From a virus (lineage: Duplodnaviria > Caudoviricetes), in IMG/VR virus record IMGVR_UViG_3300025437_000009: a stretch of DNA of 64,000 bases; one strand, given 5' to 3'. Shown here piece by piece: positions 53,841 to 62,167 of the stretch. Position 1 is the first letter of the stretch. Every line of letters begins with the position of its first letter. The translations under genes and the position numbers were made by a program. Below the pieces are notes generated by a model that saw only the letters and a list, made by a program, of their open reading frames with translations, was not told the origin of the DNA and ran no database searches.

Positions 53841-54822
53841 TGAAGACTTCTAATATTTTTGAATCATACGGTATAGTATTAATACACCGTTGATTATGTT
53901 CAAATACCGCATAATTTTCTTTGTAGAGTTTATCTAAATCTAATTCTAGTAATTTTAAAAACTCTTGCTGTACCGCGGCAAATCTTTGATCTGCATCTTC
54001 TATTGAATCAAAACTGTAGTCAATGAAGTTAACCAGTTTAAATCCCATATCCACCAATCTTTGTATTGAGCCAGGATTAGTAAATGGTAGTATAGCATGC
54101 CCTTTGATTAGTGGCTCAAATGTTTTTTCTGTGATGTGTATTAAATCTCGCTGTGTGCAATTACTTTCTACATAGGTACTAAAATAACTATCTTCATAAA
54201 AACTATTTGATACTGGACTGTATGCTCCCATAACCTGATGATCTTCTAAGGTAATACCACGTGTCCTATTAGATACATAGCCATTGGAACTATGTTCCAG
54301 TATAAATTCATAGTAAGGTTTTCGATAGCCATACTCACGTCCTAGCATACTTAAAAATTTTTTAGATCGTAGATACGATGAATCTAGTCTAATAGATTTA
54401 TATTTGCCTTGACTGTAATGGTGCAAGTGTTTGTGTGAAGGAATGGGCTCTGTATAGTAGGCTTTGACACGATTCCACATAAAATCCCAGGGTATAATTT
54501 TTACAGTTGGGCCCATATCTAATTTAGGACTTTGATTAACTGTTAGGTATACCTTACAGGGATGATCAAATGACCAGACAAATTGTTTAAATCGATTATG
54601 ATCATAATCGCTGGTGTTGACTAAATCATAAAACACCACAACCTCTTTAGATTTAGCGATGGTGGTAGTATCGTTTAACCAAGTTGGACCATGTGTGTTG
54701 TAGTGGTCGTTCAAAGGAAAAAAATAATAACGATCCGTTATCATAGTACTGGCGTCATAGCCTAGCAAACTTAAATGATAAGGAATATCGTCGCCTTCAA
54801 TTCCGCGGATATTTTTGATCAT
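53833..54822 (-). CDS. GT10/fucosyltransferase-like protein
   Basis: YVESNC...ITEKTFEPLIKGH...GF. Confidence 0.5.
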   Translation of the reverse strand: MIKNIRGIEGDDIPYHLSLLGYDASTMITDRYYFFPLNDHYNTHGPTWLNDTTTIAKSKEVVVFYDLVNTSDYDHNRFKQFVWSFDHPCKVYLTVNQSPKLDMGPTVKIIPWDFMWNRVKAYYTEPIPSHKHLHHYSQGKYKSIRLDSSYLRSKKFLSMLGREYGYRKPYYEFILEHSSNGYVSNRTRGITLEDHQVMGAYSPVSNSFYEDSYFSTYVESNCTQRDLIHITEKTFEPLIKGHAILPFTNPGSIQRLVDMGFKLVNFIDYSFDSIEDADQRFAAVQQEFLKLLELDLDKLYKENYAVFEHNQRCINTIPYDSKILEVFNV

Positions 54823-55504
54823 AGAATTCTTTTAATATTTCTGCTATACGTTTGTGACCAAGTATATTAGGATGGAATAACTTACCGGTAAAATATTCAT
54901 TTGTTCTTATTGTTGGTATACTGTATTCTTGTCCTGCCAGTGCTTGAGTAATTGTTGTTGGGTATATTAGATCCTTATATAGTACATGACCAAAGTTATC
55001 AGTTGTTAACTGATCAAAGTAACTAAAGAAGATACAGTCAATTTCGTTGTATTGACAAAACTGCTGAAATTGAAATATAGCCTGACAAGCAAGAAATTCG
55101 TTATATACAGAATCTTCAACTAATCGATAGGTTTGTTGCGCATAGTTATTAAATTGTGGTACTATTTCCGGAGGTCGACCACTTGGATGTATATTACTAG
55201 TTTTGTAAACTGCTTCGGGTGTTATGTTTACAAATTCTTGATCAGCATTACTATAACTCAGATACCGTGTTAGTCCAGATAGTCCAACAGCAAAAATAGT
55301 CTGACGATCCGAATCGTAATGATTCTTAATAAAATCAAATAGTTGTACTACTAAATGACCAATGCTACTAGCCGGCTTTCCCATATTAAGAGATTCTGCA
55401 TCAAGTGCATTGGCTAAGTGTACTGGCCAAGGTCTCTCACGTGGAATATCTAATTCTGAGCCAAATGTCCAACTATCGCCAAATGATACCAATAACGTTT
55501 TCAT
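54797..55504 (-). CDS. SGNH/GDSL-family hydrolase or acyltransferase
   Basis: FGDSWTFG, NMGKPASS, FHPNILGH. Confidence 0.8.
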   Translation of the reverse strand: MKTLLVSFGDSWTFGSELDIPRERPWPVHLANALDAESLNMGKPASSIGHLVVQLFDFIKNHYDSDRQTIFAVGLSGLTRYLSYSNADQEFVNITPEAVYKTSNIHPSGRPPEIVPQFNNYAQQTYRLVEDSVYNEFLACQAIFQFQQFCQYNEIDCIFFSYFDQLTTDNFGHVLYKDLIYPTTITQALAGQEYSIPTIRTNEYFTGKLFHPNILGHKRIAEILKEFYDQKYPRN

Positions 55505-55508
55505 ACTG

Positions 55509-55514
55509 TATTTA
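55509..55514 (-). promoter_or_regulatory. late promoter core TAAATA
   Basis: TAAATA-4 nt-ATG(55504), just past the capsid terminator. Confidence 0.55.
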
Positions 55515-55536
55515 AAGTATATTGTATCTAGCCAAC

Positions 55537-55560
55537 AAAAAAGGACCTTTCGGTCCTTTT
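55537..55560 (-). terminator. intrinsic terminator after the major capsid gene
   Basis: GGACC-GAAA-GGTCC-TTTTTT. Confidence 0.9.
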
Positions 55561-55623
55561 CTGCCTTCCCATCCCTGGGATGATTTGTTGTTTTAACTTT
55601 CGTTAAATCAAGTTCAGTCTTGA

Positions 55624-56802
55624 TTATTGGAAAGATAAGTTTGCAACTGCAATCTCACCAACGTAGTCACCAGCGTTACCTAGAGATGACGCTGTGTTTG
55701 TTAACTCAACATAACCATAACGTGTCATGAAGCTAACTACTGGTTCGAATGTAGCTGGGTCAAGAACAACACCAGAGCTCATCAATGGGATATATGGGCA
55801 ATAGAACGCAGCTGCATCAGCTTCGCTTGAACCCTTATAACCAACTAAAACAGCTTGGCTGTCGTTTGCATAACCGTCAACATAAATCTTCATTGCACCG
55901 TTCAATGTACCAACAAACTTAGTGTTTGTAGGTGCTTCGAATGTACCTTCTGTTGTACGAGCAAATGCAGATGTTGTAGCACTTTGTAGTACTGTTAATG
56001 AAGCTGGGGAAACAACTGCCCAGTTACCAGCACCACGACGTGTACGCTGAGCGATCAAGTTAGCTGTACGATTGATTAGAACAGCTAAAGCAGCGTGCTC
56101 ATCACCAACGAATGTAGCTGTACCAGATACTGCAGCTTGGTCAAATGTGTAATCAGTTGCAGCAAGAGCACGTAAAGAACCAAGAATCTCTTGATCGATC
56201 TCAACTGTGATCTCTTGAGCTAAAGCAGCCATAATTTCAGCTTCAACATCCAAACCGTGCATAGACTGAGCGTCTTGAGCGGCTTCAAATGTCCAACGAG
56301 CTGATAACTTACGTGTCTTAGCTTCAACAACTTGTTTCAAGATTTGAACGTTGATACGGTTACCAGCAATACCTTCTAAAGAAGCTGTGCTTGTAGCTTG
56401 ACCAGTAGTGTTGCTACCAGAGTATGCTGTTGCAATCTTGAATGGTGATAATGCTTCGTCACCAGCTTGTGTGCTTGTTGCGTATGCACTTGAGTCAGTT
56501 ACTGAATCAGCATAACGTACACGTAGTGTATGAATCTGAGCAACTGGACCTGTCATTGGTTGAACACCAACGATTTCGTTAGCAATAACAGTTGGCATAA
56601 CACGACGAATAACTGGAAGAATTACACGGTTAAGTGTAGCTACGTTACCAGCTTGTGTTGAACCTGCTGTTGCATTTTCTGCTAACATTTTACGGGTGTT
56701 TTCTAAGATTACACCCATTGTTGTACGACGACTACCGTTCAAGCCTTCTAACAGAGCTTCTTTGGTCTCGCCCCAACGGCTTTCTAATAATGCTTGTGTC
56801 AT
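55624..56802 (-). CDS. gp23: major capsid protein (T4 gp23-like)
   Basis: VGVQPMTGPVAQI, AKTRKLSARWTFEAAQD, EIDQEI, YCPYIPL, FMTRYG; N-terminal LLE/ILE/LAE sites. Confidence 0.97.
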   Translation of the reverse strand: MTQALLESRWGETKEALLEGLNGSRRTTMGVILENTRKMLAENATAGSTQAGNVATLNRVILPVIRRVMPTVIANEIVGVQPMTGPVAQIHTLRVRYADSVTDSSAYATSTQAGDEALSPFKIATAYSGSNTTGQATSTASLEGIAGNRINVQILKQVVEAKTRKLSARWTFEAAQDAQSMHGLDVEAEIMAALAQEITVEIDQEILGSLRALAATDYTFDQAAVSGTATFVGDEHAALAVLINRTANLIAQRTRRGAGNWAVVSPASLTVLQSATTSAFARTTEGTFEAPTNTKFVGTLNGAMKIYVDGYANDSQAVLVGYKGSSEADAAAFYCPYIPLMSSGVVLDPATFEPVVSFMTRYGYVELTNTASSLGNAGDYVGEIAVANLSFQ

Positions 56803-56827
56803 GATATTTCCTCTTTCCTTTTAGGGT

Positions 56828-57943
56828 TTATTTAAGCCCTGCTAAACGTTTCATTTCATAAACGTTTGACATTACGTCAGCGGCTTGTGAACTTTCAACG
56901 GCAGTTTTAGCAGTTTTATCACCAGTAACTTCTACACGGCTCTCTGTCAAAGCAACCTTAGCGGCTGGCTTAGTAACAGGGGAGTTGTTTAGAACTGCTG
57001 GTAGATACTTTTCGTATGCACTCTGAAGACGATCAGTTTGCACACTCTCGAGTAGGTCACGCATAATTGCTGACTTCTCTTTGTTCAAAGGCTTCAACAT
57101 TTCTGCAAGTTTTTCTTTGCGTTCTGCTGACTCTTTGATAATTTTTATTTCTGTTTCTTTTGATTCAACTAGAGCTTTCTTTTCTTCAATTGCTGATACT
57201 GCTTCAGACAATTTAGCGGTTACAGTCTCGACTTGAGCTTGTAACGCACGGATTTGCTTGTTCTCATTTAAATGAGTACCTGCAAACTCGCTGGCGAATG
57301 CTTCGAACAGACGACGACCAAACATGTTCTCGCGAGCAATTTGGATATCTTCTTTTAGTTGAGTCAGTTCTGACTCTAACGAATTGGTTACGGCCTCTTT
57401 AACAGCTTCAGCAGATTGCTTAATGAATTTGGCTTGTAGTTCAGCTAATTTAGCTTTACCTTCTGCAACTAGACGAACCTTAGTTTCCACTACGGCTTTC
57501 TTGTCTTGTTCAAATTCTTGAATTTCTTCTGCTAATGCACGCATTGTAAATGACTCGAGTTTGCCAATGGCATTCTCGTATGTCTTACGATCCGCACGTA
57601 GTTCTTTAATTTCTTCTGATAATTTACTTACCATGAAACTATTGAACTTGCTGGCTGATTCAATCATGTGCTGTTTAAATGCAACACGGTCTTCAGCTAA
57701 TTGTTGTTTTTCGTCTGCAAACTCTTTAAGTTCAGCAGTGAGAGACTCTGTTACCATTTTGTCTAGAGCTTCAACCATTACTTGCTTGTCATGTTGATAA
57801 CGTTGAGCAAATTCTTCGCGTAATTCTGCACGAACTTGTTCTTTGGCTTCAGTAATGCGTGATTCCCAAGCTTCAGCAATAGCTTGCTTGGTATCTTCAT
57901 TAATGATTCCGTTATCCAACAATGGTTTGATAGCATCTAACAT
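56828..57943 (-). CDS. gp22: prohead core scaffolding protein (gp22-like)
   Basis: Long coiled coil between protease and MCP. Confidence 0.85.
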   Translation of the reverse strand: MLDAIKPLLDNGIINEDTKQAIAEAWESRITEAKEQVRAELREEFAQRYQHDKQVMVEALDKMVTESLTAELKEFADEKQQLAEDRVAFKQHMIESASKFNSFMVSKLSEEIKELRADRKTYENAIGKLESFTMRALAEEIQEFEQDKKAVVETKVRLVAEGKAKLAELQAKFIKQSAEAVKEAVTNSLESELTQLKEDIQIARENMFGRRLFEAFASEFAGTHLNENKQIRALQAQVETVTAKLSEAVSAIEEKKALVESKETEIKIIKESAERKEKLAEMLKPLNKEKSAIMRDLLESVQTDRLQSAYEKYLPAVLNNSPVTKPAAKVALTESRVEVTGDKTAKTAVESSQAADVMSNVYEMKRLAGLK

Positions 57944-57955
57944 TGGATATTTCTC

Positions 57956-58594
57956 CTATAATTTTAAATCTTTGATTAGGGCTTCGATGCCCTGTTTCAG
58001 GTACTTCTGTACTTTTTGATCTTGAGCGGCTTCACGTGCCGTTTCAAATACCTGTTGTCCGCCACGCATATTCATCAAGCCTTCATAGATGGCTTTAGGA
58101 TAAGCATGAGGAGCACTAGGTTGTGCTACGATGTCAACGGTAATGATTTCAAAATCACTAACGTGTCCACTTCCTTCGTTTACCTGACCTGATCCACGTG
58201 AGCTAACACCTAGCTTAACACCACTTGTTAACATGGCTTCAACTAGTTGTCCCATTGGGGTAGGTAATATTGATAGTTCACCGAAACCGCAAGGGCCATC
58301 CATCCACATTTTGTCGATTTTATGGCTTACACGATCTAAGTTAATTTTTAGGTCATCTGGATGATCTACTTCGCCTAAGACAGAGTAGCCACCTTTGATT
58401 TGTTCATTAATAGTAGAGACAGCTTTTTCAATTTCATGAACGGGATAAACACGTTGGTTAGCGTTCTTTACGCCGCCCTCGATGAATATCCCTTTCATTT
58501 TCAGAGTCTTACCTTTCCCGTCGGCACGGTCTAATGCTTCAACAACAAGACCGGCCCGGTCGAATGATAAAGTCTCTTTTAGGTACAAAGCCAT
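57956..58594 (-). CDS. gp21: prohead protease (gp21-like)
   Basis: GIFIEGGVKNANQRVYP, GEVDHP, TPMG, GVSSRGSG, DIVAQPSAPHA. Confidence 0.95.
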   Translation of the reverse strand: MALYLKETLSFDRAGLVVEALDRADGKGKTLKMKGIFIEGGVKNANQRVYPVHEIEKAVSTINEQIKGGYSVLGEVDHPDDLKINLDRVSHKIDKMWMDGPCGFGELSILPTPMGQLVEAMLTSGVKLGVSSRGSGQVNEGSGHVSDFEIITVDIVAQPSAPHAYPKAIYEGLMNMRGGQQVFETAREAAQDQKVQKYLKQGIEALIKDLKL

Positions 58595-58612
58595 TTTGTG
58601 TTCCCTAATCTA

Positions 58613-59584
58613 TTAACGTACACGTCCGCCGATTTCAGATTTCTTATTAACAGAAACCTTACCGTCTTTAGCTGCACCAACCTTTTCACCTGTTTCGCTG
58701 TCGCCGTTTTTCTCAGCGCCATGACCTGCAGGTTCAGCTTTTAGCTTTTTGTCGCCGCCAGGTGTATTACCTACGTTACCGATCAATTTGCCTTCGCCTT
58801 TACTGTATTCATTGCTTGGCTTTTCAATTGGCTTACCATCTGGAGCTTGTTCAGCACCTTTGAAGTCAACTGACTCACCACCAAAATCAGCACCAGGACC
58901 TACTGAACCAGGCTTCTTGTTTACGGCAACACGCTTGCTGTCGCCACCGCCAACTTTAGTACCTTCTTCAGCGTCACCAGGACCGCCATAAATATCACCG
59001 ATTTGGTCTACGTATTCACGCATGATTTCAGAAGTAGATTTTTTGTACTGCTTGGATTCAGTCTTTTTGCCTTTTGGCTCTTTAGATTCTTCCTCTTCCT
59101 CTTCTTCCTCTTCTTCAGAGGCTTCCATCATGGACTCTTCTTCCATATCTGCTGCGCTATCAAACTCAGCTGGCTCAGTGTCCATTTCATCGGAGTGTTC
59201 TTCGTGACCCATGATTTCATCAAACTTAGCTAGCAACTCGTCTAACTTAGCATCAATGTTCATCACTTGATCTTCAATTTCTTCATGCTCTTCAGATTCT
59301 TCATCGTGGCCGACCATTTCGTCGCCCATTTCATTGTGATCAGCATCAAGATCAAATTCTTCTTCACCTTCTTCATCTTCCATGTGTGCTTCTTCATCAC
59401 TCACTTCGTGTGTTAGGCTTTCTACGTTGTCAGCAGCATGTACTTTCTCTTCCATGTGCTCTTCGTCCATGATAGATTCATAAATGTCGCGACTCTTTTC
59501 TACTACGATATCGTGAAATAATTCACGTGCTTTTTGATCTTCATCATTAATGATAAATTCAATTAATTTTTCAAACTTGTTCAT
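58613..59584 (-). CDS. highly acidic prohead core protein (gp67/gp68 position)
   Basis: Very E/D-rich; between portal and protease as in T4-like head operons. Confidence 0.6.
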   Translation of the reverse strand: MNKFEKLIEFIINDEDQKARELFHDIVVEKSRDIYESIMDEEHMEEKVHAADNVESLTHEVSDEEAHMEDEEGEEEFDLDADHNEMGDEMVGHDEESEEHEEIEDQVMNIDAKLDELLAKFDEIMGHEEHSDEMDTEPAEFDSAADMEEESMMEASEEEEEEEEEESKEPKGKKTESKQYKKSTSEIMREYVDQIGDIYGGPGDAEEGTKVGGGDSKRVAVNKKPGSVGPGADFGGESVDFKGAEQAPDGKPIEKPSNEYSKGEGKLIGNVGNTPGGDKKLKAEPAGHGAEKNGDSETGEKVGAAKDGKVSVNKKSEIGGRVR

Positions 59585-59680
59585 GAGAACTCCTTATAAA
59601 TGTGGCTTTGTAAAGTTATTTACACAAAACTACGTATATAATAGTTAAATAGGTGTTTTTTGAAGGATTTTACAGAAAGA

Positions 59681-59914
59681 TTACAGGCCCAATGCACCTG
59701 CACCAGCTTCTGGGGCTGGTTGATACTGTTTTGATATGGATTTGAGCTTTTTTTCGTGCTCTAATTTCTTAACGTCATGACTACGTCTTAACTGATTCAA
59801 GTGTGCCAAAGTCAAGCGAGTTTTACGACTATCGTCCATTTTAAGAACCGACTGATCGTCTTTTTCGCTGTAGTAGCCTGCTGGGGCTTGGTCAAACATC
59901 TCAGTAATATTCAT
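59681..59914 (-). CDS. hypothetical protein, 77 aa
   Basis: ORF after portal, with TAAATA 5 nt before ATG. Confidence 0.7.
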   Translation of the reverse strand: MNITEMFDQAPAGYYSEKDDQSVLKMDDSRKTRLTLAHLNQLRRSHDVKKLEHEKKLKSISKQYQPAPEAGAGALGL

Positions 59915-59919
59915 ACTAC

Positions 59920-59925
59920 TATTTA
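59920..59925 (-). promoter_or_regulatory. late promoter core TAAATA
   Basis: TAAATA-5 nt-ATG(59914). Confidence 0.55.
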
Positions 59926-59935
59926 CCGTTTTAGT

Positions 59936-61651
59936 TTAAACTGCGGGTGCTGGGGCAGCACCGGGAGCGCCCATGCCGCTAGGCTGTGTTGCACCTGCCA
60001 TGTTTGGACCACCAGCAGCACCTTGTGCTAAGGGTGCTGGTCCTAGAGCTTCTAAGTCAGCATCAATACCACCCGGGCTTAGTCCAGTATTGCTGTTACG
60101 CAGAGATGGAGCTTCGGGTTGAGCAGATTCAACGTCACCACGCTCTTCAGAAAACATTTGTTCGTTTTCTGAAATTTCTTGCTCAGTCATACCTAAATAG
60201 CGTTTCATTAAGAAACGTTTGCTTAGATAAGGCAGTGGTTCTAACTGTACAAATGTATTAATACGTGCTTGGTCAATGTCAGCTTGACGATATTGTGCAA
60301 AGTTTTGTGGTTCATTGAACTGTAATTCAAACAGTGAGCCTTCAATATTAAAGCCTCTCCAACGCATAAACAGCTTAAATTCTGCATCTAGTTTATCGGC
60401 AATCAAACTCTGCAGACGCATACAGTATTGGTTAAAACGCCATTCTTGTATGAGTGCTTGTCCCACACGACCGTCATTATAACCTTGACTGCCATCTTCG
60501 GCTGTGGTAGGCAAATAGCTACTGGGAATACGTAAACCGCGGAATAACTTGTTGGTAAAGAAGCGCAAGTCAGTAATTTCGCCTAGGTTTTGACCGCCGG
60601 GGAATACGTCTACGCTACTACCACGTCCATCAGCTGTTACTGGGAAGAAGTAGTCTTCGTTTTGACTCAATGGATTGTATGTAGCATCCATCATGTTTTG
60701 GCTACCAGATCCTGCACCTGTTTGTGTAGGAATACGACGTTGATGTATTTCGTTTTTAATACGTTCAACAAACGCCATGGCCATATGACTTGGCATATTA
60801 CCCACGTCAATTTTGAATACACGACGTTCTGGGGCACGTTGCACACGATAGATAATGATACTATCTTCAAGCAATTCTTTTTGTTTGAAAACTTTAAAAA
60901 TGTTTTCTAATACAGAGTTACCAAATGGCCAATATACATCTAAGCCTTCAGTTAAACTAATATGAACTACGTGTTCAGCATTAATAACTGCTTCATTACG
61001 TGCATGACTAAAGCGTGAGCCACCACCAAATGGTGCTTGTGGTTGTGTGTATGCCCCACTAGGACCGCCTGTCTGTGGGTGATTTACATAGGTATCTGTT
61101 GTTGAAACTGCGGTAACAGTTAAGTTTTGGAAGTTAGGATTTAGATCTTTGATCAAATACTGTTCGGGCTTTTTACCTTCACCTTCGTTGACAATAACTT
61201 TGGTAACCTTAGACATTTCTGTCCAAAATAGTTTAAAGTTTTCTGGGTCACGGATGAATACTTGGTCGCCGTACTTGAATACGTTACGAACAATTTTGAA
61301 TATACGTTTGTTAAATTCGTTAAGTGCTACCCATTGTTGCAGTTGCTCGTTAATGATTTTGATTTCATTATCGCTGGGTTTGTCTTTGAATTTGATACGG
61401 AATGCTGTGTAGTTTTCTTGATTCTTTTGACTACAGAACTCAGCTAAAATATCTAGTGCAGCATTGACTTCAGAGTCCATGTCCATTTGTTCGTATTGAT
61501 TATAACGTTCAACACGATTTGGTTGACCAGTATAGACTTCAGGCAATTGACTTTGATAATTGCGGTAGCCAGGGTCTACAGCACGCCCGTTTCCTAGCGG
61601 ACTTACGTTACTGGGTAAATTTGATGTCTTAAAATATTTGCGCCATGTCAT
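59936..61651 (-). CDS. gp20: portal protein (T4 gp20-like)
   Basis: LLEDSIIIYRVQRAPERRVFKIDVGNMP, EDYFFP, G..LGEITDLRFF..KL..GLRIP.S.L. Confidence 0.95.
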   Translation of the reverse strand: MTWRKYFKTSNLPSNVSPLGNGRAVDPGYRNYQSQLPEVYTGQPNRVERYNQYEQMDMDSEVNAALDILAEFCSQKNQENYTAFRIKFKDKPSDNEIKIINEQLQQWVALNEFNKRIFKIVRNVFKYGDQVFIRDPENFKLFWTEMSKVTKVIVNEGEGKKPEQYLIKDLNPNFQNLTVTAVSTTDTYVNHPQTGGPSGAYTQPQAPFGGGSRFSHARNEAVINAEHVVHISLTEGLDVYWPFGNSVLENIFKVFKQKELLEDSIIIYRVQRAPERRVFKIDVGNMPSHMAMAFVERIKNEIHQRRIPTQTGAGSGSQNMMDATYNPLSQNEDYFFPVTADGRGSSVDVFPGGQNLGEITDLRFFTNKLFRGLRIPSSYLPTTAEDGSQGYNDGRVGQALIQEWRFNQYCMRLQSLIADKLDAEFKLFMRWRGFNIEGSLFELQFNEPQNFAQYRQADIDQARINTFVQLEPLPYLSKRFLMKRYLGMTEQEISENEQMFSEERGDVESAQPEAPSLRNSNTGLSPGGIDADLEALGPAPLAQGAAGGPNMAGATQPSGMGAPGAAPAPAV

Positions 61652-62133
61652 ACAGAGTGTCCGTTTCTTCTACGAGTTTCCATCATTTTTTCTATTCGTT
61701 TTTGTTTATACACTGGATCTGCCCATAGATTTTTAACTGCATTTTTTATATTATTAGCATGAGTTTCTGCTTTAGGTAGTCTGTATTTTTGTTTATGGTC
61801 TTCGGTCCTAACTTTCCCCAAATTACCCTCACTAATGCGTTTTTTAGCAGATTCTGAATGTTTCCATCCTGGTTCTGCTACCCATCTTGTTATTTTTTTA
61901 TTGTCGAGAACGCCGCCGTCAACTTTTCTTCCGTATTGTTTTATTAACTGATTTTCTAACTCGTATGCTTCTTTATTACTAAGTCCATCTTTAATTATAA
62001 TACGTCTTTCGGGAGGAGGTATTTTTGTGTAAAGATGCTTTTCGCGAATCCTAGTTCCGCTACCTTTACCAATATAATATGGCTGACCATCTTCGTTGAT
62101 GTACTGATAAACGTAATATTTGTTGCCGGCCAT
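61648..62133 (-). CDS. GIY-YIG homing endonuclease with NUMOD3-like tail
   Basis: YYVYQY...PYYIGKG..R...E..LI; KHSESAKKRISE.N.GK. Confidence 0.85.
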   Translation of the reverse strand: MAGNKYYVYQYINEDGQPYYIGKGSGTRIREKHLYTKIPPPERRIIIKDGLSNKEAYELENQLIKQYGRKVDGGVLDNKKITRWVAEPGWKHSESAKKRISEGNLGKVRTEDHKQKYRLPKAETHANNIKNAVKNLWADPVYKQKRIEKMMETRRRNGHSV

Positions 62134-62167
62134 ATGATTTTCTCTCGTATGCTATATTTATAGCATT

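Noticed and set aside
55561-55585. Small repeat UCAUCCCAGGGAUGGGAA between the capsid stop and terminator
   Set aside because: Only short alternative hairpins; a function cannot be supported without homologues
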